Origin: Perna viridis
Taxonomy: Eukaryota
NCBI GenBank assembly: GCA_037379345.1
Contig: CM074515.1
Coordinates: 14,508,001-14,572,000, forward strand
Length of the DNA: 64,000 nt
Direction of reading: 5' to 3'
Part shown: positions 23,943 through 36,291 of the stretch, in pieces
Numbering within the stretch: position 1 is the stretch's first letter
Layout of the letters: each line of letters starts with the position of its first letter
Made by a program: the position numbers and the translations under genes
Notes under the pieces: generated by a model
Database searches by the model: none
Told to the model about the DNA's origin: nothing
The model's input: only the letters and a program-made list of their open reading frames with translations

Positions 23943-25799
23943 CTGAAAAAATTATATCATAAATATATACAGAAGCCTTTTGTTAGTGACTTGGTATCTA
24001 TGTGCTACATTGTATGTTAGTTCATCTGTCAATTTTTCTTCCCATTTTTATTCAGAGAAATATGAGTTTTAATCTAAATGCCAACTTTCATTTAAAATAC
24101 CAGTAAAGTAGCCAACTAATTGGTAGTATACATTGTAATAAAATACAGACCTTAGCTTTTATTCAGTGAAGACACATTTATATCAGTTAGAATCCTATTG
24201 ATTGGGTTTTGAAACTATTTTTTCTTGTGGAATAAACATGAGATGTGAATTTCAGCTATCTAAAGGATATTTAATAAGAACCTATGTTAACCACTCAGAC
24301 ACAACCTTATCCCAAAAAACAAACAAATCAACACAATGTAATGTAAAATGATAGAAAGATAATCATTAGTGAATAACCCATTTTTTCTACTTAAAACACT
24401 TACTAGTTCTTTCACCTACTAAACAAGATGGTCAGATACACTGATTTCAACAATTACTTATGAAGATTTCTGTCAAATTGTTAATTAAAAAGCATTATCA
24501 ATTAGCAGCAGTGCTACATATTATCTACACAAGATTCTGAAAATAAAGAGAAGTGTGACAAACTCTGATGAAATCAAAGGAGACATTGTTAATGTAAGCC
24601 TCATACTTACTTAGAAGACCCACTCCTAAAAATGGATGGTGCAAGGTTAACTTTCTACAGTAAAATACTACAAAATCCAGTAGTAAGAATGAAGGTCAAG
24701 GTTAAGATAAATGTATTGTAGATGAGTAGTTAAAAATACCCTGAACCAATTAGATTTGTCCAAACCAACCCAGTCATACTTGAAGAAAATAAATTTGTAA
24801 AAAAATAAAGGTATTAAGCTTCAGTATCAAGAAATTAAATTTTTAAATTTATAAAAATAAGACATCTAATGGGACATTAAATGTGCTCTGCCATGTTGTT
24901 TATTCATATACATGTAAAACACTACATGTAAAACTCAAAAAGTGTTTTTGGACTTAGCTGAAAATTGATCTTAACCTGTATTTTATAATACTAAACAACC
25001 AAGCAGATTTTAAAAACAATTGGTCTGCTCTAAATTTATTATATGGAAACCACACGGGGAAACAGACAGACAGACATACATGCAACTTCAAATTTTCATA
25101 GTGAATCCTATAATACCTTGCCACTACGTGTGGCAGGGTATAAAAAATATCATGTATAACAGAAAACAATTTTAGTGTTGAGAGGTAACTAAACAACTTA
25201 TTCCCTAACAATGAAACAACAAACATTTTTTAAATGTTCTAGCATTTCCTTGGGCCTTTCATTACTAAACTTGATTGAGGGAATTACCTTGACCATCAGA
25301 GATTTTATTATTAATAGAATAATTTACTAGATGCATGCTTCTGTTCACTTTAGTCCCTTATCATTAGTTTACAGCTTCTGTCTTCTAAATTCATGCTAAA
25401 TCTTAAATAAAAATAAAATCTCGGTAAGATATTCAATATGCTCTGCTGACTGTACAAGGGCTTTAAGCAGATCAGAAAGCAGCATGCACAACTCAATGTT
25501 ATTCTATAGGCAAAATAGATCTACAAAAATAAAGCTTCTATATCACTACAAAACTAAGGACCATAAAGTTTATACAGAAAATTAAATGTTGTTCCTCATT
25601 TTGTAGTGAGACAATTTTACACATCAAATTAAGTGATGGCTGACACATTCAACAAAGAAACAACACTTCTACATGTGTCGGACAAAAAAACGTTAATAAA
25701 CATAAATTAGACAATTACAAATTAACACAAAGTTAAGCCTTAGGTTTAATATTAACCTATGTTGTTGCGAAACATCAACATTTGAGATATTAAACTTAC

Positions 25800-25917
25800 G
25801 ATCGAGAGGTATGATGTTTTGCCCGTCTTGTGCTAGAGGAGTGGTGTACCCTTTTGTTTTCAAGCTCATCTTTCAAATCTAAAATTTTTTGTTTCATCTC
25901 TGGGTCTTCACATAAAT
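25800..25917 (-). CDS. PPP1R16A: PPP1R16A/B-like coding exon 8 (DLCEDPEMKQKILDLKDELENKR...)
   Basis: Acceptor cattacag and donor GTaagt. Phase 1 in, phase 2 out. Confidence 0.85.
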
Positions 25918-26362
25918 CTGTAATGACATCATTTGAATTCATGCACTTGAGCTGTCCAAATAATTTTTGTATCAGTTATATCACTATACAAATAATTAAT
26001 TCAATAATATCATGCATTTGAGTATCAACACTCCTTCAGTATACTAGCATCGATTTAAAGTTTTGTTGTGTTACAATTACAATAATTCAACTGGGGATTA
26101 CAGCTATTTGATTTATAATACAAAAAATTGATGTTTTTAAATTATCCTTGCTGAAAGATGGGTTAACAGTTTTCGAAAAATGTACTGTAATGATATAACC
26201 CTTGTTAGTTGACATTACCTTAAACTGATTAAAAATAATATTCTTTAGGTTCATCTTAAGGGTTTGCTATTGCTAATTTATTATTTCAAATATGTTATAT
26301 GATGCATGAAGAGAAATAGATGAATCTAACTAAAAGTTCTCTAAGAGACATTAATATTATAC

Positions 26363-26438
26363 CAAATGGAGTTTCTCCATTCCTAGTTTTGGCATCTATA
26401 TCAGCTCCATTCTTCACTAGTAGCTCTAAAACATCTTG
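26363..26438 (-). CDS. PPP1R16A: PPP1R16A/B-like coding exon 7 (QDVLELLVKNGADIDAKTRNGETPF)
   Basis: Ankyrin repeat with AG/GT boundaries. Phase 0 in, phase 1 out. Confidence 0.9.
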
Positions 26439-28259
26439 CTGCAGATAGAAATTGAGAAATTTCATTTATTCAGACTACAAAATATTCTTTTTCAGAAAGT
26501 ATTTCCTTTCTCAGGGTCAATATTTATCAATGCAATAAAACTACAACTTAACTATTATTCTTTTTCATTTTTTAATTAAACCAAGTAATTGATGTACAAA
26601 ATGTACATGTAGCCACAAAAAATACCTACAGGATCCTTACTGATTCTGTCTGTAACAGTTAATGTCTGTCACATACAGAAGTTCTAAAGTATGAACACAG
26701 GCAAGACCAATTTCCCCAAGTGATAGTAATATAATGCCACAAAAAGGTTGTGTGATAAATGCCATTCACACCTGCTGAGCCTTTCAATGTAAGCAACACC
26801 ACATATGGAGATTGAGATGAAGTACCAGAGAGATTAATGATGCTGACATAATATTGGCAGAAAAATTTATCAACCCTACAATTCATTACTTTAACACTCT
26901 AACATATTATGAAACAATGCTGTAATATTAGATTCACAAGTTAATAAGTTATAGCTAGGTATATATGGTTTCAACCATCATTGTCAGTTAATTATGAATG
27001 AAGGATTTAATTATATTAAAACATTGCAATAGATCGTTTTACAGAAATGTCATTATGAAGATATTACACATTTTTTATATCATATATTGATTTTGTTCAA
27101 AATATTGCCCTCCCTTTTTTTAGAATCAATGAATAAGGATCTTAATTGCAATTTTTTAACAAAAGTACAAATCCATACAAGTCATTTCTGAATAATCAAT
27201 TTTACCATTTCCAAGACAGGGAATATATAGCACCATGGGGACTTTGACCCAAGAATTGAAAAAAAAATATATCCAAACATATTAATTCATACAAACTATC
27301 TACTTCAATAACAGAAATGCCCTGATTCTGAATTGAAAGGGTCATCAGTAATAGCTTCCCAATATAAATAAATTGCTAACAATTTAACAAGTGACTAGAC
27401 TTGCCGACAATTTAATTATAGGATGGAAAAACTAAATGTCTGGATCCCAATAAACAAACCGACCCTGTTTAATGAAAGTTGACAATGAACCACAATCAAT
27501 CATTTGTTTTACTGTGTTGTTAAATGATCAGTTCCTGCCACAGTCACAGTATATGATAAAATATATTTAGTTTTCATTGAAGAATTGAATTATAGCAGTA
27601 TTTAATGGCAGCTAAATACAAGTAGAAAGTTGATATTAAGAGACCTACAAATCTGAGACTTCCTAATTATGTGCCTAGTTACTATAAAAGTTGTAATATA
27701 AAAACTGATTCTCGTACTAATGACTTGCCAGACCGTCAGATAAAATATTCGGATCTCTTTACTGTATGGTGAAAAGACACTGCTACAAATAATCCTAAAG
27801 TAATATTAACAAGCTTTAGATTTACTATGAAGTAAATGGTTCCTTATAGTTTCCTTTATATGTCTTAGTCTGTAACAAGTATAACAGTTATGAGCAGGGG
27901 AGAGAGTTTGTCTACCCTTGATTAAGTTATAATAATCTATTGAATTGTCTTAATAGTAACTTAACAATTGAAGATTAACACTTCTATTATTCCATAGGTA
28001 TTGAATCTACGTATGTTTGAAAATTAAAATCTCCTTCAATGTCCATTTGACTAAATAAGGCAGTCCATCAGGTAATGGTTGGTTATCAAAGGAAGACCAA
28101 CTCTTTTCTAAAGTTAACTCCTTTACATGCTGTAAAAGCTAGACACACCATAAGGCAGTCATCAATTACAGTCCTAAATATCAACAAACAAATTAAGTCA
28201 AGTTGTTGCTACGAGACAGTGATAACATTTAGAATATACTACAATCCTAGAATACAAAC

Positions 28260-28385
28260 CTGGCACCAAAAAGCTGCTGCATGAATGGGCTGCCATGAAT
28301 CACCATCTCGTTTATCAACTGACACATGATGGTCCAATAAGAACTCAGCTACCTGCATGTAGCCATTAGCAGCTGCAATGTGAAG
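28260..28385 (-). CDS. PPP1R16A: PPP1R16A/B-like coding exon 6 (LHIAAANGYMQVAEFLLDHHVSVDKRDGDSWQPIHAAAFWCQ)
   Basis: Ankyrin repeats, 126 nt, phase 0-0, canonical splice sites. Confidence 0.92.
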
Positions 28386-28851
28386 CTGGAAATAAAAGAA
28401 GAGATTGCACTGTTAAAATTCCAACCTATATTAACAAAATACTGCATGTACACAAAGCATAACTATGTCTCTTCATATCTGGCACCAGGTATTTTCTTAT
28501 AAATAACTGTTTTACCATTTTGTTTTAATCGTGTATTTTATTTTAGTTCCAAGCTGTCCATGTCACTGAGAATTGAACTTCATAATTTGCGTATTGCATC
28601 TTTTAAACAGGAACGTTTTCTCAGACAAGAGTAATGTTTTCAATTCATCCTATTACAATGTCTGCATTGAAGTAAAGATTAAAAATATGGTTAATATATG
28701 TTTAGTGAATATACTGTGTCCTTGAAGACAAGTCTCAGCATAATAATTCTAAAAAATTCATTACAGTGGTTTATATGAAAATTATTAAGAAACTGTTACT
28801 TCTTGGCTACATCTTAATGTTTTGATTGTTCTGGTTACCATGGTAACTTAC

Positions 28852-28976
28852 AAGTGTAGCACCATCAGACCCTCTTTCATCCATTGGAGCACCAGTCTTA
28901 GCCAACCGAGAGATATCATTTAACATATTCCTCTCTGGAATCAATCGTTTCTCATCTATTTCTTCCTGAGTAATGC
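28852..28976 (-). CDS. PPP1R16A: PPP1R16A/B-like coding exon 5 (GITQEEIDEKRLIPERNMLNDI...DGATL)
   Basis: The GITQ..I...R..PE..ML.D motif is typical of MYPT3/TIMAP. Acceptor tttttag, donor GTaagt. Confidence 0.92.
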
Positions 28977-29974
28977 CTAAAAAGTTAATTGATAAGTGAA
29001 GTGTAGTTGATAAAAAATACTGAAAAATACTACCTCTACTTTTTCACTTTCAGTTTACTTTTAAGTTACAGGGTATGGTGGCTGACATTTTTCATCCCAG
29101 TGGGGTTGTTGTCTCTTTGACATATTAACCATATCCATTCTCGTTATATATCAATTAGAAGTATGCATCTAAAAAAATTCACCATTTCACAGTTGATAAT
29201 GGAATTTGGAGATGTCAATCTGCAACATACACCATATCTTAACATAAGTCGGCCTCCATTGTCTACTTTTATTGGAACTAAAGAGGCAGCTGAGACAGGC
29301 CAAGGGTAGTCTTCACTGGATAATTTTACTTGTATAATGATTATACACGACTCATAATAATAATAATAATAAACAGCTGGGCTAAAAACACAAGGTATGC
29401 TAATCCTACATTTTTGTGCTTGTTTTTTAAGTCCTGTATAGCCCTAACATTAAAAAAAAAAGGAAAACAATGAAAAGTCAATGGAAACTTCCTTAAATTA
29501 AGGTATACATTCTACCAATACATGTTTAACTTAAGGCAATATGATACCCCTAACTAAATTGTGATACCCCACACAATTGTTTAGCCAAAACACCCCAAGT
29601 AGGACCACCTTGGAAGCATCTTTGTGTTTATGGAACACAGATTATCCCCCTTTTTATACACATATATAAAAGATTTGTGAATTGACAATGAGGCAACACA
29701 ATTAAATTTTCATGGAGCTGCTGAGTAGATTTTATATCAATCCTCCATAAACATATGAAGAATATATGCATATGATAATATTTTTTAAAGTCTTATACTC
29801 ATGCTGAATTGGATCAAATTCTGACACATCATGTAATTTACTGCAAGTACTTACAAATGAAGTTGGAATTTGTATAAAAAAGAATTTAATGGAGCTTCTC
29901 ACTATAGATTATACACATTCCCAAAAATTCGTTTTAATTGGTGAAAGAGTTAAGAGTTAATGTGCCATTAAAGA

Positions 29975-30688
29975 ACCTTAGTTAGCATGCTCACATACCC
30001 CACGTGCCCACATGTTGGACTCTCAAATAAAAAGTATTTGAAAAAAAGTTTAAGGGGCCTTATTTCATAGAAAATCTCAACGAAACATAAACTTGATCTG
30101 TAAGTCAACATGATTAGAATCACATACTAAAAATGAGCTCAATACCTGAATAATGTTATTTTTATGAAATTTGCTAAGTCAAAGGCCTGTTATTTCAGTA
30201 AACAGCAGAGCAGAACAAAACTTGATTTGTTACTCGATATGGTAGTACAACAAAAACAATGTACCAAGAATCTGTTTGCATTTCAAAAAAATGGAAAAAA
30301 GTAAATTTTATGAAATTTGTTAAGTCCAAGACCCGTTATTTTGGTAAAAATTGGTGGAGCAGAATGAAACATAAACTTGATCTGTAACTTATCATGGTAG
30401 ACTCACATACCACAAATCAGCTCAGCATTTGAGGGCGTTAAAAAAAAAGTCTAGAAAACTGTTATTTTTGTAAATTTGCTACACTGTTAGTCCAGGGCTC
30501 ATTATTTCACTAAAAATCAGCGAAGAAGAATTAAAATAAACTTGATCTGTAACTCATCATGGTAAACTCACATACCAAAAAACAACTCAATATCTGCAAG
30601 CGCTCAGAAAAATAGTCCAGAAAACTAATGATGGACTAAGGTTAAAAACACTATACCTGCCGCAATTTGGATGTGTGGGGTATAAAAT
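29975..30688. mobile_element. Degenerate interspersed repeat with internal subrepeats (HINE-like)
   Basis: aaacttgatctgtaa..catg...ctcacatac recurs near 30089, 30374 and 30538. The element ends in gggtataaaa. Confidence 0.5.
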
Positions 30689-32162
30689 CTGAAAAACGAC
30701 TCTAATTTTATGAACATATTTCCATAAATTTATAACAAAAAATTAAAGTGAGCTTCCCACAAATGTATATATTGTACATGTTCCCAAACGTTTTGTTATA
30801 CATGTAATTGGTGAAACAGTTTTCAAGCTATTGTGTAAAACTGGGGCAAAAAAAAATCCAATAACTCTAAAATGAAAAAAAAACTGAAAAGGGCTTCTCA
30901 CTATAGCTATATATATTTTAGCATAGTTTTAATTTAATTGGCAGCAGCAGCTGTGAGTTGTTGTGTGTAAACTGGAAAACACTCCCTTTTATGATTATAC
31001 ATTGTATTTCCATAACTCAAAAATGAAAAATTGAAATTAAAAATAAAATTGAAGGAAGCATTCCATAATTGATTTATACTTAAAGTTTTGAAACAATTTG
31101 TGTGAAAACTTGAAAACACCATCCTCTTTTATGAATAAATTTCTTTAACTAGAAAATCAAAAAATCAAAAAGATTCCCACAGCTGATATATACACTCCAC
31201 CAAAGTTTCAATTAAATTGGTGCAAGTGTTTTTGTGTCATTGTGTAAAATATGGAAAGACAGACAAATGGATGGTGAAGGATAAAACAAAATGCCCCCCC
31301 CCCCCAACTTTAAGTTGTGGGGCATAAAAAAATCCCTTAAAGGATCAATAACAGACAGCACTGCAGACAGGTAAAAAAACCTCCTATACTATCTCCAGTA
31401 AAAAAACTTGTGGTTATGAACCAATAGTCCTTCATTAACCTACTGTACATAAAATAGATGTTATGCCTCTGGTGACACTTCCTATGTTTATATATTGGAT
31501 ATTATATGAATTCTTGTTTGATTTATTGATAAAATTCATTACGATTCTGACTATTAATTATTGGATAAAGCCTACAATATTTATGGAGATTATATCAGAA
31601 TCATTGTTCTACTTTCCTGTTAGTGGATCAATATATAAAATACAATTTTTTAGCTAAATACAGAATTGCTGATCAGAAGAATATGGTTTATTTACATTTG
31701 ATGTAATCTGTATAAATCTATAACAGTTGAAAGTCAACTAACACCTTAAGGAATCAACAGATTAATTCATGTTCTAAATAGTTGAGACTACTACATTTGT
31801 ACATCTCTGGAAAAAAACTATTGAACACCATTCAAACGACAAATGGATTCATTTTATTTTGCAACATCTTATCAAACATGTCGTTAATCCCTCCTTTTAC
31901 TGAAGAACTGCAGACTTCACAAAATATCACCAAGATAACATTTTTTTCACCATTTTTCAAGGTGGAGGGTCTACTGACCTGGCCAAATTACTGTGTTTGT
32001 AAGGGTTTTCATTTTAGGTATCATAACTTCATAAACAGTTACTGCATATTCTTCTAGTATATCATGCATCTTCTGTCATCCTGTCCTTCATTTTGTTTCT
32101 TACTGAGGGGACTGTAAGTTTCATCTGTCTATTTGTCTGTCCACCTGTCCAACACTTAATCT

Positions 32163-35100
32163 GGTGATGATGATTTGATACGGGTTACACTTTATAACCA
32201 TGGCTGTACTGAGGTAACTTACCTTATATCTGTCCCTGTATTAGATGATGGGTAGTGACCTTAGTACTTACAGGGCAGCCATTGGTATATTCAACAACAG
32301 AAGATTTGTCAAATCTGGGCCACTAAAACCGTCAAAATCCACCTTCTTTGAATTGTTGTGTATTAATCTAAAATGTACATTTCTCGTCGTCAATCTGTCC
32401 ATCCTGCAGTCAGTTAATCCTAATATTGACATTGTTTTTCTGCTTTTTGTACTCCATTTTATTTTGATCATCGGTAACATAGAGATGAACCCTGGTCCAG
32501 GATCATCTACTAGGTCATCGGTCACCGACAACTCACTATCGATATGTAACATCAATATCCGAAGTATCAGAAACAAACTTAATTTCTTAAACTTGTTTTG
32601 TGAAGATTTTGATATTATTGCCATCACAGAAACACACTTAGATCCAAACATTAAGGACGAAGAAATCCATTTAGAATCATTTTCTAAATCCATTCATCGA
32701 AAAGATAGAAATGCGTTCGGTGGCGGTATCTTGATATTAACCAAGGAAAATATCCATGTAAAACGAATGAATATGTTGGAAAATGATGTTGATGAAACTA
32801 TCTGGGTCGAAATTATTGCAAAGGGTCAAAAATTTCTATTATGTAATGTTTATCGTCCACCAGGTACAGATTCGGAATTTTACACGCGCTTGAACCACTC
32901 GATAGGTACAAGTTACCTATACAGTCACGGTTTAGTGATCTGTGGAGATTTGAATACGGATTTACTTGTCAGAGAAAATAATAGACTTCTCGACACAATG
33001 AATCTGTTTAATCTCGCTAATGTGATCAAGAAAGCAACAAGAGTAACTGACCAACGTAGATCTTTATTAGACCCTATACTTATTAGTGATACATTGTCGT
33101 ACAGCTTTTCTGATGTTTTTGATGTTCCGAGATCAATATCGGACCACGATGCAGCTGTAGTATACCTACTGTGCCCATATAAAGAATCCGTAGCCTTTAA
33201 AAGACATATTTGGTTGTATGATAAAACGAATAAAGAAAAGTTTTCAGCTGATTTACAGGCTCTGGATTGGAATGCCCTCCTTCCCGACGGTACAGATGTA
33301 GATCAAATGACTGATATATTTACAGAAACATTTCTGGCCGTCGCGGGGAGGTCCATTCCAACTAGGGAAGTTACCATCAGACGAAATGACAAATCGTGGT
33401 TTAATAACGAATTAAGGGAAATAAGAAAACGTGACCGTTTACGGAAAAGGGCATTAAAATCAAAAACCGACGATGACATTCTTAAGTACAAGAGGCAGAG
33501 AAATAGAGTTAATAATCTTAAAAAATCAGCAAAAGAAAAATTCGAAAGTAATTTGGACAATTTCATTTTAGAAAATGTTAACAACCCCAAAGCGTACTGG
33601 AAAATAATGAAAATGTTGATTAAGTCAAACAAAGGTTCCAACTCTATACCCCCACTTCAGAATATTATAAACGATCAGGATTTAAATGATATAGCATATG
33701 CAGATGACGAGAAGTGTGCATTACTAAATAAATATTTCTGTTCAATCACTAAATTGGATGAAGAAAATCATCAAGTCCCGGAATTTCAAAACCGAACAAA
33801 TCATAAATTATCGGACGTACATATAGAAGAGTCTGAAATTATTGATATTATTAAGGTTCTAAAACCAAATAAAGCATCTGGACCCGATGTTATCAGTCAT
33901 AAAATGCTTCAGCTGTGTCCTGATAAAATCGCTCTCCCATTGCAGAAAATTTTTAATAAATCTATTCAGCAATGCAAATTTCCTACTAGTTGGAAATTGG
34001 CAAATGTGACTGCTCTCTTCAAGAAGGGTGATACATCTTTACCATCCAATTATAGACCCATATCATTAATAAGTTGTGTTGGAAAAGTAATGGAAAGAAT
34101 AATTTTCAAATATGTGTACAACCATCTTCACAGCAACAATCTCATCTACAAATATCAATCTGGTTTTCTTCCAAAACATTCGACTGTCCACCAACTACTT
34201 GAAATTTATAGTAACATCCTAAATTCACTTGAGAAAAAAGAAATTAACTGTTTTGTTTTTTGCGATTTTTCCAAAGCTTTTGATAAAGTCTGGCATAAAG
34301 GTCTTATGTGTAAGCTAGATTCGTATGGTATATCAGGAAATCTTGTTAACTGGTTTAAAAATTATTTATTAGATAGACGTCAAAAGGTGATTCTAAACAC
34401 ATCATCCTCTAACAGCTGCTCTCTGTCGGCTGGAGTTCCTCAGGGCTCGGTCCTCGGTCCTCTCCTTTTTATAATATACATAAACGATATTGCAGGGAAT
34501 TTGACATCTCTGTGCAGACTGTATGCAGATGACACTTCTTTCAGTTACTCTGACTCTGATAGAGAGCAGATATTTTCTGTTATCAGTCATGATTTGGTGG
34601 AACTGGACAAATGGTCAAACAAATGGCTTATGTCATTTAATCCGGACAAAACTGAGATTATGGTATTTTCAAACATCGAAAAGCCTGATTTTAATTTCTC
34701 CTTAAACGGTACAAGCGTTCCAATCACAGATTGTCACAAACATCTTGGTGTTACATTTAGTAGCAATGCTAAATGGAACGATCACATTGAAAACGTTGTA
34801 ACTAGTGTTAAAAAACACTTGAATATCTTGCGAAAGCTAAAATACCAACTTAACCGTAATACATTAGAGAAATTATACTTAGTTTACATTAGACCCATAC
34901 TAGAATATGCTCCTGAAGTCTGGGATAATTGTGGGGTTTGTCTTTCGTCTAAATTAGAAAGACTTCAATTGGAAGCTGCTAGAATAGTGACAGGTTTACC
35001 TATCTTCACCAACTCAGAAAAACTCTACGGAGAAACTGGTTGGGAAAAATTAGAAGTGAGACGTAATAGGAGAAAGTTAAACATGATGTATAATATCGAA

Positions 35101-35971
35101 CATAAAAATGCACCTGCATACCTATGCGATCTAATTCCACCTAAAATCCAGTCACTTACAAATTACCCACTTAGAAATGGAAATGACATTATGCAGCCTT
35201 TTTGTAGACTATCTGTGACAAGCGAGTCGTTTTTTCCTTCTACAATTAAAGAATGGAATAAACTCGATATCTGCACGAGAGAACTAGATTCAATTTCTAA
35301 GTTCAAGCCCGCTTTTAAAAGCAATACAAATATCTTGCAAGTTCCAAAGCATTTTTCTTTTGGTCCACGGAAACTAAATATTATTCTGACCCAGTTAAGA
35401 CATTCTGTATCTTCCTTAAAGCATGACTTGCACAGAATGAATATAGTGGATGCACCTTTTTGTAGATGCGGAAGAATGGAAGATGTTAATCACTTCTTTT
35501 TTCATTGTCCGTTATATGATGAAATAAGAGCACGCCTTTTAAACCACATTAACTGGATTCCTGATACTTTGACAATAGATGTTGAACTTCTTACACGTGG
35601 TAGTTTGGAATTAACATATGATCAAAACATAAGTTTATTGAAGCACGTTCTAGCCTTTATCAAAGATTCTGAGAGATTTTCTGTTGTCTAATAACTTGTA
35701 AGATATTACTTTGTGTACCCACTCTCCTACCACCATCATCACCATCATCATCACCACTACTTTTCTGTCAATTTTTTTTTTTTTCTATTTCTTTCTCTTT
35801 ATTTTCTATCTTTAAATTTAACTGATTATTATAAGTATACACAGTTGATGCATGCTCAATGTCATTTTGTTATTGTATATTATATTGTATTTAGGAGAGA
35901 ACCTCGTAAGTGTGATTCACTTTTGTTCAATCCCTTTTGTTTATATGCAAATAAAATATGTTTAAACTAAA
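32163..35971 (+). mobile_element. Intact single-ORF non-LTR retrotransposon (CR1/L2 group), antisense in a PPP1R16 intron
   Basis: 9-bp TSD acttaatct at 32154-32162 and 35972-35980. 82-nt 5' UTR, uninterrupted 1148-aa ORF, and a 3' UTR with AATAAA near 35950 and a short aaact tail. Confidence 0.92.
32245..35691 (+). CDS. LINE polyprotein: hydrophobic leader with 2A-like motif, APE endonuclease, reverse transcriptase, C-terminal Cys/His motif
   Basis: APE motifs NINIRS, AITETHL, YRPP, GDLN and SDH. RT motifs NYRPISL, DFSKAFD, GVPQGSVLGP, YADD and HLG. C-terminal CRCG..ED..HFFFHC. Confidence 0.95.
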   Translation: MMGSDLSTYRAAIGIFNNRRFVKSGPLKPSKSTFFELLCINLKCTFLVVNLSILQSVNPNIDIVFLLFVLHFILIIGNIEMNPGPGSSTRSSVTDNSLSICNINIRSIRNKLNFLNLFCEDFDIIAITETHLDPNIKDEEIHLESFSKSIHRKDRNAFGGGILILTKENIHVKRMNMLENDVDETIWVEIIAKGQKFLLCNVYRPPGTDSEFYTRLNHSIGTSYLYSHGLVICGDLNTDLLVRENNRLLDTMNLFNLANVIKKATRVTDQRRSLLDPILISDTLSYSFSDVFDVPRSISDHDAAVVYLLCPYKESVAFKRHIWLYDKTNKEKFSADLQALDWNALLPDGTDVDQMTDIFTETFLAVAGRSIPTREVTIRRNDKSWFNNELREIRKRDRLRKRALKSKTDDDILKYKRQRNRVNNLKKSAKEKFESNLDNFILENVNNPKAYWKIMKMLIKSNKGSNSIPPLQNIINDQDLNDIAYADDEKCALLNKYFCSITKLDEENHQVPEFQNRTNHKLSDVHIEESEIIDIIKVLKPNKASGPDVISHKMLQLCPDKIALPLQKIFNKSIQQCKFPTSWKLANVTALFKKGDTSLPSNYRPISLISCVGKVMERIIFKYVYNHLHSNNLIYKYQSGFLPKHSTVHQLLEIYSNILNSLEKKEINCFVFCDFSKAFDKVWHKGLMCKLDSYGISGNLVNWFKNYLLDRRQKVILNTSSSNSCSLSAGVPQGSVLGPLLFIIYINDIAGNLTSLCRLYADDTSFSYSDSDREQIFSVISHDLVELDKWSNKWLMSFNPDKTEIMVFSNIEKPDFNFSLNGTSVPITDCHKHLGVTFSSNAKWNDHIENVVTSVKKHLNILRKLKYQLNRNTLEKLYLVYIRPILEYAPEVWDNCGVCLSSKLERLQLEAARIVTGLPIFTNSEKLYGETGWEKLEVRRNRRKLNMMYNIEHKNAPAYLCDLIPPKIQSLTNYPLRNGNDIMQPFCRLSVTSESFFPSTIKEWNKLDICTRELDSISKFKPAFKSNTNILQVPKHFSFGPRKLNIILTQLRHSVSSLKHDLHRMNIVDAPFCRCGRMEDVNHFFFHCPLYDEIRARLLNHINWIPDTLTIDVELLTRGSLELTYDQNISLLKHVLAFIKDSERFSVV

Positions 35972-36057
35972 ACTTAATCTTAAACTAAATGCTTTGACTT
36001 AAGTCTTTCAGTATGCAAATGTACATTGTATTCTGGTGATTAACAGATCAAGATTCA

Positions 36058-36291
<234 letters not shown>

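Noticed and set aside
32268-34705. Antisense and alternate-frame ORFs overlapping the LINE ORF
   Set aside because: These are shadow ORFs of a long coding frame with no independent motifs.
35713-35970. 85-aa poly-His ORF after the LINE ORF
   Set aside because: It is a (CAC/CAT)n microsatellite and T-rich sequence in the LINE 3' UTR, with a non-ATG start.
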